Source of the DNA: Candidatus Hodarchaeota archaeon
GTDB taxonomy: Archaea; Asgardarchaeota; Lokiarchaeia; Sigyniarchaeales; SOKP01
DNA length: 23,845 nucleotides
Reading direction: 5' to 3'
NCBI GenBank assembly: GCA_048886685.1
Contig: JBHLKM010000010.1
Coordinates: 1 to 23,845 of the forward strand
Shown one piece after another: positions 15,993-23,845 of this stretch. A program made the translations under genes and the position numbers. The notes beneath the pieces were generated by a model. It did not search any database, was not told where the DNA came from, and worked only from the letters and a program-made list of their open reading frames with translations. Positions within the stretch are counted from its first letter, which is position 1; every line of letters begins with the position of its first letter.

Positions 15993-18119
15993 TTAAGTGA
16001 TTTTTCTCCTACGTATTATTACATAAATAACACCGAGCATAGTTAAAGTTGAAAAGAAACCTATAATCGGGATTGGATATCCTGGTATCACCTCTGATGG
16101 ATATTTCCATGTCCAATCTGTATGTTTAATCCAGGCACCACTTCCCCAATAAAGTGTATAAAGTTCCCATTCTTTAGTAAGCCCTATCCCTACCATTTGT
16201 TGAGCGGTAAAAATCATAGGACAGAGAACATTTTGGATATCATACGCTAAATCATCAAAGGCTTCTTGTTTTTTGGTTCCGTTATTAAGATAAGCGTCAT
16301 ATAAGTAACCATTAATTGTATTATTTGTTAAGAAAGGAAAATTTCGCGTCCTGGCTTGTAGTAAAGCCATTAAATCAGCAGTCAAATAATATGACATTAC
16401 ATATGAAATTACACTCACTTCCTGCAGAGGAGCATTAAGACAAAAAGCACTCGCACTTAAGAAAGGAAATTGTCCAGCTTGCATATCAGGCCATATTCCA
16501 TTGGGATGGTGAACGGTGTCAAAATCACATCCAATTTGATGAGCAGCATCTAATACATATCCTAACATCTCCGCAAACCTATCATCATAGTGAAAATCTC
16601 CAGTCCATATTGGATTTGTTTCTCCAATATTTGACCATAGTGCACTTGGACTACTTATATTTAAACCTCTAGCTGAACATTCGGTTGGATATGCAGCAAG
16701 CATTTTAGCTCGTGCCGTTGTGAGATCTGTATCTGGAAGTGGCACACTCGGATTGTAATACTCATTGCTTACTCCCAGTGTACCTCCAGCTCGTACTGCT
16801 CGTCCCCCCAACTCTGTGTTTATATAGGTAGCATAGTCAAACGAGTGTGATAAAGCTTGTCGAATTGGTCGCGGTATCCCATTCGGCATCCCAAAAACAT
16901 CTTTCACTAATCCGAGAGGTCCAGGTATATCAGTATTTAAAACCGCCGGATTTGTCCAATACGCTGACTCATTAATACAATTTAACCAAATAGCAGGTGA
17001 AACTCCAGCGAAATAACCTGTATCTATATATTCATGATTAACTGAATCTACTATTTGATCATAATCAAGAGGCATGGCAGGTATATCCGCCGCAATATCG
17101 ATCTCACCACTCATTAAGGCTAACCGTCTTGCTTCCTCTCCTTCTGCGCCAAGAGGAAAATAGAATATCTTGAATTCATCTACTTCATGAAATCCTAATG
17201 CTTGCATAGCTGTCGCATTCCACCAATCATCATTTTTTATGACGGAACCTCCCCCGAGAGTGACGTCACTGTGTGCAACAAATTTGTAGGGTCCTGTGCC
17301 AATATAATGAGCAACGTCAGTACTGCTAAATCCAGGTATTTCCTCGAATGTATAATTTGTAGCATACGTTTGCATTGAAATCATTCTATGCATATTACCT
17401 GTCCATACATAGCCAAAATAAGCAAACGGTTTTGGATTCCACATATTAAATTCAATCCTTAATTTTAATGGATCGGCGGGATAAGTTATAGTTCTATTTA
17501 TCCATGAAACATATCCATTCATACCCTCTGCTGGTGCAGTATTTGTGTACCCTCCATAGGTTGCTGGTTGTCCTATTGCCCACGACAAGTCCCATTCTGG
17601 TGTAAAATAAGGTGCGTAATCTGCTGCTTTAAACCACACTAAATTCAAATTTTGTGTAGGAGCACCTGAACCAAAGCCCCCATTGATCCATACAGTTCGA
17701 TTAATATTCCATGCCGCAACCGTAGAATTCCACGCCGAACCATCATGAAAAGCAACACCACTCCGTAAAGTGAAATTAATTGCTTTCACACCACCACTAT
17801 GATCAGCATCGGGAGTCCACCATTCGACCGTCCAATCAGTTGCTAGCTCGGGTATAAGTTCATTCCAATCCCCCATCCACCCAGAAGGAACATCAACTAA
17901 TTTTTCTAAACAATTGACATGGTAAAAAGCTCGGATAGCATTCGATTGATAACTCGCAGGATCCCATTTAGTTGGTTGAGTTGCAGCGTAAGCTCCTTTT
18001 ATAATAATATCATCATCTTGACTAGTTTTAGGTGCAGCAATAACTGGGAAAATTGGTATTATTAATGTACTAAATATTAAGATTATGTAGAAATTACGTA
18101 AAATTTTTTTCATTTTCAT
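15993..18119 (-). CDS. ABC transporter substrate-binding protein, family 5 (DppA/OppA-like), with Loki-CTERM-like anchor
   Basis: 708 aa. Signal peptide, WDPA, LIPELATDW, FTLRSGVAFHDGS, IGTGPYKF and IRQALSHSFDY. C-terminus IPGYPIPIIGFFSTLTMLGVIYVIIRRRK. Confidence 0.88.
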   Translation of the reverse strand: MKMKKILRNFYIILIFSTLIIPIFPVIAAPKTSQDDDIIIKGAYAATQPTKWDPASYQSNAIRAFYHVNCLEKLVDVPSGWMGDWNELIPELATDWTVEWWTPDADHSGGVKAINFTLRSGVAFHDGSAWNSTVAAWNINRTVWINGGFGSGAPTQNLNLVWFKAADYAPYFTPEWDLSWAIGQPATYGGYTNTAPAEGMNGYVSWINRTITYPADPLKLRIEFNMWNPKPFAYFGYVWTGNMHRMISMQTYATNYTFEEIPGFSSTDVAHYIGTGPYKFVAHSDVTLGGGSVIKNDDWWNATAMQALGFHEVDEFKIFYFPLGAEGEEARRLALMSGEIDIAADIPAMPLDYDQIVDSVNHEYIDTGYFAGVSPAIWLNCINESAYWTNPAVLNTDIPGPLGLVKDVFGMPNGIPRPIRQALSHSFDYATYINTELGGRAVRAGGTLGVSNEYYNPSVPLPDTDLTTARAKMLAAYPTECSARGLNISSPSALWSNIGETNPIWTGDFHYDDRFAEMLGYVLDAAHQIGCDFDTVHHPNGIWPDMQAGQFPFLSASAFCLNAPLQEVSVISYVMSYYLTADLMALLQARTRNFPFLTNNTINGYLYDAYLNNGTKKQEAFDDLAYDIQNVLCPMIFTAQQMVGIGLTKEWELYTLYWGSGAWIKHTDWTWKYPSEVIPGYPIPIIGFFSTLTMLGVIYVIIRRRKIT

Positions 18120-18179
18120 TTCCCTCGTTAATGAAAATTTGTTATTTTCTTATTTTTTTTTTTGGATAAATCAAATTTT

Positions 18180-18206
18180 TAATCATTAATTTGATTTTAA
18201 TGATTA
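18180..18206. promoter_or_regulatory. Inverted repeat in the divergent SBP/permease intergenic region
   Basis: TAATCATTAA-N7-TTAATGATTA with perfect 10-bp arms. The surrounding DNA is very AT-rich, so chance is possible. Confidence 0.3.
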
Positions 18207-18442
18207 TTGCATATCTATGTTGTATTAATATTTAAACCTTGTTTAAAATTTATTATTAAGTATATAAATAATAAATAATTATAATCAAATCTAAAATTCG
18301 ATCTAATAATAAAAAACCTAAATCGTATTGAGACAATAATGATAATTAATGCTATATGCAAAAATAAAAGTAGATGGTTACGAAAGTTTTATAATAAAAA
18401 TCGACATTAAAGATTATTAAATATCATAACTTGGGGAATAAA

Positions 18443-19519
18443 ATGGCTCGTAAAGCTAAAAATATGGTGTTTTATCTCATTAAAAGAGTCCTTTTTATTT
18501 TTCCAATGTTATTATTAGTCTTGATCGTTACATGGCTTATATCACAAACATTAGTTGATCAGGCTGTTTTGAATAATATGGCGGGTTTAGTAGATCCAAT
18601 TGTTATCCAAGAAGAAAGAAAAAGACTTGGATTGGATAAACCTGTATTATTTAGACTTGCATTGTATCTTGCTAATTTTTTCAGAGGAAATTGGGGTGAA
18701 TCTTATGTCATCGAACAAGGTACGCCCGTATTGGAAATCGTGGCTATAATTCTCCCTAAAACAATTGAATTAGTTATAATTCCAACTGTTATTATCCCAA
18801 TTATAGCTGTTAAATTAGGAATTATTTCCGCAAAAAATAAGAATAAAACTGAAGATAATGTTATTAGAGGAGTTGCCATCCTTGGGCGAGGTCTACCAGT
18901 TTTTTGGTTTGCGATAATACTACAATTATTTATTGGTTTTTCCTTTAGAACATTTACTCAAGGAGAATTTTTTATACCGATTTTGAATGCTAATTCTTTT
19001 GATTATCCTATGGGTTACTATCCCGCTCCTGATGGTGCTTTCAGGACAAATTTTCGCATTATTGATAGTTTTTTATATAATGACCAACAATATCTTTTCG
19101 ACACATTAATTCATTTGGTACTTCCAATGATTTGCATGACCATCGTGTCGCTTGCTGCAGTTACCCGTCAAACAAGATCGAGTATGTTGGAAGTTTTGGA
19201 ACAAGATTATATAAGGACTGCTCGGGCAAAGGGAGTTCAAGAAGATGTGGTTCTCAATAAGCACGCCCTTCGAAATGCAATGATCCCTACAAGTAATTTT
19301 ATCATTGGAGGTGTTTCAAGAAGATTAACTGGTTCTCTTCTCATTGAAACAAGTTTTAATTATACTGGATTTGGATATTGGATGGTTAGATCTATTCAAC
19401 TGGGAGATCTCGCAGTAATAAATGGACTTTTAGTGTTTTCCAGCATAATTATACTTAGCGGCATCCTAATTGCTGATGTTATGTATACTATTATTGATCC
19501 AAGAATAACTTATAAATAA
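18443..19519 (+). CDS. dppB: Peptide/nickel-family ABC transporter permease (DppB/OppB-like)
   Basis: Motifs YLIKR, LGLDKP, GNWGES, LILP-like LVLP, RQTRSSMLEVLEQDYIRTARAKG, KHALRNA and DPRI. ATG 18443 is preferred over TTG 18431 because GGGGA precedes it. Confidence 0.9.
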   Translation: MARKAKNMVFYLIKRVLFIFPMLLLVLIVTWLISQTLVDQAVLNNMAGLVDPIVIQEERKRLGLDKPVLFRLALYLANFFRGNWGESYVIEQGTPVLEIVAIILPKTIELVIIPTVIIPIIAVKLGIISAKNKNKTEDNVIRGVAILGRGLPVFWFAIILQLFIGFSFRTFTQGEFFIPILNANSFDYPMGYYPAPDGAFRTNFRIIDSFLYNDQQYLFDTLIHLVLPMICMTIVSLAAVTRQTRSSMLEVLEQDYIRTARAKGVQEDVVLNKHALRNAMIPTSNFIIGGVSRRLTGSLLIETSFNYTGFGYWMVRSIQLGDLAVINGLLVFSSIIILSGILIADVMYTIIDPRITYK

Positions 19520-19544
19520 AATTACAACAAGGATGTGAAGAATA

Positions 19545-20543
19545 ATAACTCAAATTCCTATTGAAGAATCAAAAAATATTGAACCACGTTCTAAAATTAA
19601 TAATAAAAATTTACTTCGGTGGTTAAAATTTTATCTAATTCCAGGATGGCGTGATAAAGAATTCTACGAAATCGAATATAAAATAGAAATGATCAAAAGT
19701 AAAAGGAGAAAATTCAGAAGACTTCTTACACCACTGACGATTATTGGAATGTTAATGATATTATTTATAATGGTATGTGCAATATATGCTCCTTGGCTTA
19801 CTGAATACCCTTTAGAACAAGTAACTCAACCTACTATTATTCCTGGTGGAGAAAAGTTTGCACCTCCATCACCAGAACATCCTTTAGGTACAACAGAATA
19901 TGCTTATGATCTCCTCGGAAGACTTCTTTGGGGTAGCAGAACAGTACTTACAATGGGATTTTTACCAGTTCTCATTGCTGTAATTGGAGGGACTATTATA
20001 GGGACAATCTCTGCATATTTAGGGGGAATTGTCGATGCAATTATAATGCGAATATGCGATTTAATATTTGCTTTTCCAAATTTACTTCTGGTTATTCTTA
20101 TCATTCCGATGTTTGGTTATAAGCTAATATATATTATGTTGATTTTTGGTCTCCTTGGAATTCCCCAGTATGTCAGATTAATGCGTTCTTCAGTTCTACA
20201 AACTAGACAAAATATGTATGTTGAAGCTGCGTATGCTGGTGGTGCAGATAATTTTAAAGTTATGTTTAAACACATCGTACCGAATGCGATAGCTCCGATA
20301 TTGATCGCATTTTTTGGTTTAATCGGAACTGCAATTTTAGGTTTTTCATCAATTGCATTTCTCGGAATGAGTGAGGAATATAGAATTGCAGACTGGGGAA
20401 CAGATATATTTTACGCTAAAGGACAATTTGATGCTCCTTGGGCGTCCATTTGGCCAGGAATTTTCATCGCAATAGCAGTTTTTGGTTTTATGTTATTAGG
20501 AGATGGCATAAGAGATGCTTTAGATCCTCGTATAAATATATAA
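19545..20543 (+). CDS. dppC: Peptide/nickel-family ABC transporter permease (DppC/OppC-like); probable ATA start upstream of the first usable ATG (19689)
   Basis: Motifs PPSPEHPLGT, YVEAAYAGGA, KHIVPNA and GDGIRDALDPR. The frame is open from 19539. The start position is an inference (see findings). Confidence 0.85.
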   Translation: MTQIPIEESKNIEPRSKINNKNLLRWLKFYLIPGWRDKEFYEIEYKIEMIKSKRRKFRRLLTPLTIIGMLMILFIMVCAIYAPWLTEYPLEQVTQPTIIPGGEKFAPPSPEHPLGTTEYAYDLLGRLLWGSRTVLTMGFLPVLIAVIGGTIIGTISAYLGGIVDAIIMRICDLIFAFPNLLLVILIIPMFGYKLIYIMLIFGLLGIPQYVRLMRSSVLQTRQNMYVEAAYAGGADNFKVMFKHIVPNAIAPILIAFFGLIGTAILGFSSIAFLGMSEEYRIADWGTDIFYAKGQFDAPWASIWPGIFIAIAVFGFMLLGDGIRDALDPRINI

Positions 20544-20557
20544 AAATGTGATATAAA

Positions 20558-22510
20558 ATGTTTTTCACAATGATGCAGAATAATTATGCAGCTAATTACG
20601 GTATGCTTTTAATTGAATCTATCTTTGAGATTATATTTTTAATTTTTATCACTAATTTTTTAAATCGGTTCGCAATTCCAGAAGATAATCAAGAATTTGA
20701 AATCAAAAATAGAAAAATATTACAGGTATCACTTCTAAGTTCTTTAATTTCCTTTGGAATAATTTTTACAATAAGACTAATTTTTGGATTTTATTGGTTA
20801 TTTGATTATGGATTATGGCGTATAGAAATTTTTTTTGCTGGAATGATAAGCATATATTTTCTAATTTTTATCCTTTTTTTGACAAAAATGGTACCTCAAT
20901 TTAAAGAAAATATTTTTTTTCATAAAAGACTTTTCAGAATCTATATAATCTGTATTGGAGTTTCGTGGTTTGTAGGGTTTGTTTTTCTTTCAATTGATTT
21001 ATTGGAAATTCCAATGAATTGGGACCCTATGAATACGCAATATGACGTATTTCTACTCGGATTTATTTGGGCTTTTTTCACAGTTCTATTTGACATTTCT
21101 ATCTTATATTTAGTTAATAACCTAATACCCATTGAAAAAAAGCTCCCAAAATATGTTTTCAGGAAATCATCTAATGTCGCTAGTATTATCGCATTTAGCA
21201 TTTGGTCTATTCAACTTATTATTTTTGAATTATATCTCAAAAGATTATCTGATCTCTCGGTATGGAAGCAAGATATTCGTGTATTATTTCTTTTGGTTAC
21301 AGCTATTTATCTTGTTTCTTTTTTTCTTTTTTTAAAATATAAATACTTACCAGAGAGTGCTCAAAAAAGTGGTGCAAGGTTTCAAGCCGCGCTAAAATTA
21401 TATGAAGAAAAACAATTGAAGGTTAAAACACTGAAAGCAAATAATGTGATTTTAGATGTTCGTGACCTAATAACTTATTTTTATACAGAAGAAGGGATTG
21501 TTCGGGCTTTAGAAGGAGTTTCTTTTAAGATTTATAAAGGTGAGGTGCTTGGCCTTGTAGGTGAAACTGGATGCGGAAAATCGGTTACTGCTTTATCAAT
21601 TCTACAATTAATTCGACCTCCCGGAAGAATTGAGAAAGGAGAGATTTTATTTGAGGATGAAAATTTACTCGAAAAATCTAAGTCTGAAATTTTAAAATAT
21701 CGTGGGAATAAGATTACTATGATTTTTCAAGATCCACTTAATTCCCTAAATCCCGTTTATAAAATAGGAGATCAAATTACTGAAGTCTATCATCTTCATA
21801 AGGAAGATGATTTACTAGTTGAAGCATCAAAACATTCAAATGAAAGTGTATTTAGTATTGCTCGTAAATGGGGTGAAAAACTCTTACATGATGTTGGTAT
21901 CGCAGCTCCTGAAAAAATTTTTGATCAATACCCCCATGAATTAAGCGGAGGTATGCGCCAAAGAGTCCAAATTGCCATGGCACTGGCTTGTGAACCTAGG
22001 CTTCTAATAGCGGATGAACCTACGACCGCATTAGATGTCACTATTCAAAATCAAATACTAAAATTAATGAAGGATCTTAGAGAAATTTACGATACAGCAA
22101 TTCTATTTATAACTCATGACCTTAGAGTAATCTCAAAAATGTGTGATCGTGTTGCTGTTATGTATAGTGGTTTTATAGTTGAATATGGTGATATTCACAA
22201 AATATTCAAAAGTCCATACCATCCCTATACTAGGGGACTTATAACAGCTTTACCTGTAATAGGAACAAAAAAGAGAAGACTACAAACCATTACAGGAATA
22301 GTACCTAATTTAATTTATCCACCTTCAGGATGTCGTTTCCACCCGCGTTGTGAGTACTGTTTCGAACCTTGCGATAAAGAAGTTCCAAATACTATAGAAG
22401 TAGATGAAAATTATTATGTTGCATGTCATCTTTATAACCCTGAATACAAGCATCTCGCTGAGATCGTGGTAAGAAAATCGGAGAGTGAAAATAAATCCCA
22501 AATTAGATAA
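20558..22510 (+). CDS. dppD: Peptide-family ABC ATPase (DppD/OppD-like) fused to an N-terminal ~7-TM domain
   Basis: Walker [10 protein letters not shown]-loop [13 protein letters not shown], Walker B LIADEPT, H-loop ITHD, HPYT and a Cys-rich tail. The first ~260 aa are hydrophobic. Confidence 0.9.
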   Translation: MFFTMMQNNYAANYGMLLIESIFEIIFLIFITNFLNRFAIPEDNQEFEIKNRKILQVSLLSSLISFGIIFTIRLIFGFYWLFDYGLWRIEIFFAGMISIYFLIFILFLTKMVPQFKENIFFHKRLFRIYIICIGVSWFVGFVFLSIDLLEIPMNWDPMNTQYDVFLLGFIWAFFTVLFDISILYLVNNLIPIEKKLPKYVFRKSSNVASIIAFSIWSIQLIIFELYLKRLSDLSVWKQDIRVLFLLVTAIYLVSFFLFLKYKYLPESAQKSGARFQAALKLYEEKQLKVKTLKANNVILDVRDLITYFYTEEGIVRALEGVSFKIYKGEVLGLVGETGCGKSVTALSILQLIRPPGRIEKGEILFEDENLLEKSKSEILKYRGNKITMIFQDPLNSLNPVYKIGDQITEVYHLHKEDDLLVEASKHSNESVFSIARKWGEKLLHDVGIAAPEKIFDQYPHELSGGMRQRVQIAMALACEPRLLIADEPTTALDVTIQNQILKLMKDLREIYDTAILFITHDLRVISKMCDRVAVMYSGFIVEYGDIHKIFKSPYHPYTRGLITALPVIGTKKRRLQTITGIVPNLIYPPSGCRFHPRCEYCFEPCDKEVPNTIEVDENYYVACHLYNPEYKHLAEIVVRKSESENKSQIR

Positions 22511-22538
22511 AAAATATTAAGAATAAAGGGTAAACAAT

Positions 22539-23845
22539 ATGTTATTTCAAGATTATAATCCAATGGCTACATCTATTATGATGTTGGTGCTAATTAGTTT
22601 TGTACTTTTAGGTATTTCCATATTTATTATATATTTGAGCAATAAATTGCAAATTGTAAATTATAAGGGATTATTATCTCTTGTCAATTTTACGCCAAGC
22701 TTTCTTTTTTTAATTATTCTTTTTCTAATACAAAAAGAAATATTCTCTTCTTTTTTTATATTATCCTTTCTCATTGCATTAATAATTTTAATTATCAGTA
22801 GTATTCTATTAAAGAGATATATTTTTAAGAAAATTGAATTTCCACCTATGGATAAATTCCATCGTCACGAAAAAGGAAAGTTTTTACTCCAGATTAATGA
22901 TTTGAAAGTCTACTACCCTCTCCTTAAGGGGATGCTTAAAAGACAAGTTGGAGTAGTAAAAGCTGTTGATGGAATTTCTTTTGAAATAAAAACAGGTGAA
23001 ACTGTTGGATTGGTAGGCGAAAGTGGTTGTGGAAAAACGACTGTAGCGAAAGCGATATTAGGATTTGTCGATATAGAGAATGGAAAAATCCGATATGGCG
23101 ATAAAGACATTCCTAGAACTTATCCAAGAGAATTAAGACGAAAAGTTCAGATCGTCTTTCAAGATCCTGATGCTTCACTAAACCCGCGTATGAAAGTGGT
23201 TAACATTATTGCAGAATCCCTTAAGAACTTAATGGGCATTACAGATAAAACAGAAGTTAGAAAACTCGTCTTAAAGTTAATGGATGAGGTGTCTTTGAAA
23301 CGAGAACATATGGATCGCTATCCTCACGAATTTTCAGGAGGACAGAAACAAAGAATAGTTATAGCAAGAGCACTAGCGTGTAATCCAGAATTGATTATCT
23401 TGGACGAACCAACCTCGGCTCTTGATGTATCTGTTCAAGCACAAATCCTTAATTTACTCAAAGATTTACAAGAAGATTATGGGTATGGTTTTCTTTTTAT
23501 CACTCACGATTTATCAGTGGTAAATCATATTGCTGATCGTGTTGCGGTTATGTATCTTGGTAAATTTGTTGAGTTGGGAAGTACTGAGCAAATATTTTCC
23601 AATCCTGTTCACCCTTACACACGAGCACTTTTATCTTCTCGAGCTGAATTTGATCCAGATGATCAAGAGATTAGATTTGTGATCCATGGTGAGGTTCCAA
23701 GTCCTATAAATCCTCCTTCAGGTTGTGCCTTTAATCCACGGTGTACTGCTGAAACAAGGACAAAAGAATGTGAAAATCTCTTTCCTCATAAAATGGAAAT
23801 TGAAGAAGGGCACTATATCTGGTGTTGTAGTGAAATGTTAAGTAA
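22539..23845 (+). CDS. dppF: Peptide-family ABC ATPase (DppF/OppF-like) fused to an N-terminal ~3-TM domain; stop codon beyond window
   Basis: Not in the ORF track because it has no stop in the window. Manual translation begins MLFQDYNPMATSIMMLVLISFVLLGISIFIIYL and continues through VKAVDGISF, GESGCGKT, VFQDP, FSGGQKQR, LDEPT, ITHD, HPYT and GCAFNPRC to HYIWCCSEMLS. Confidence 0.9.
   Translation, partial: MLFQDYNPMATSIMMLVLISFVLLGISIFIIYLSNKLQIVNYKGLLSLVNFTPSFLFLIILFLIQKEIFSSFFILSFLIALIILIISSILLKRYIFKKIEFPPMDKFHRHEKGKFLLQINDLKVYYPLLKGMLKRQVGVVKAVDGISFEIKTGETVGLVGESGCGKTTVAKAILGFVDIENGKIRYGDKDIPRTYPRELRRKVQIVFQDPDASLNPRMKVVNIIAESLKNLMGITDKTEVRKLVLKLMDEVSLKREHMDRYPHEFSGGQKQRIVIARALACNPELIILDEPTSALDVSVQAQILNLLKDLQEDYGYGFLFITHDLSVVNHIADRVAVMYLGKFVELGSTEQIFSNPVHPYTRALLSSRAEFDPDDQEIRFVIHGEVPSPINPPSGCAFNPRCTAETRTKECENLFPHKMEIEEGHYIWCCSEMLS

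Noticed and set aside
19533-19538. ATG-TGA read as selenocysteine or stop readthrough at codon 2 of dppC
   Set aside because: No redox context and no SECIS-like hairpin were noticed. The same ATGTGA precedes dppD, where a normal ATG follows, which favours an initiation signal.
20558-21345. The 7-TM domain as a rhodopsin or GPCR-like receptor
   Set aside because: There is no retinal-binding DxxxK/SxxxK-type Lys within the last helix and no other diagnostic motif. Helix count alone is not evidence.
875-23110. Short ORFs in the track overlapping the main genes (e.g. 875-1312, 1667-2188, 6772-7056, 10937-11200, 20941-21201, 22913-23110)
   Set aside because: All lie antisense to or out of frame within well-supported genes and show no recognisable motifs. 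They are treated as shadow ORFs.
1-23845. CRISPR arrays, tRNA/rRNA genes, IS elements or integrases
   Set aside because: No regularly spaced repeats, cloverleaf-like GC-rich segments, transposase or recombinase ORFs, or terminal inverted repeats were seen. Spacers are short and AT-rich.

Overview
Low-GC, gene-dense window, most plausibly from an Asgard archaeon of the Lokiarchaeia type. This is inferred from Loki-CTERM-like anchors, sequon-rich exported proteins and oligo-T terminators; no marker gene is present. About 16 kb is a sulfate-ester catabolism island with eight sulfatase loci: one AtsA-like arylsulfatase, three intact close paralogues with a CMPAR motif (called A, C and D here), a 5'-truncated fourth paralogue (B), a 60-codon remnant of an unrelated sulfatase, a sulfatase-fold enzyme with Thr at the catalytic Cys/Ser position, and an MBL-fold alkyl sulfatase. 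Interleaved with these are a haloalkane dehalogenase, an SDR, a TetR regulator, a surface-anchored alpha/beta hydrolase and a partial acyl-CoA ligase. The right end is a Dpp/Opp-family ABC importer in which both ATPases carry N-terminal multi-pass membrane domains. The most striking signal is that paralogues A-D are sequence mosaics of one another with sharp nucleotide breakpoints. No RNA genes, CRISPR arrays or mobile elements were recognised. All alignments and counts were done by eye.
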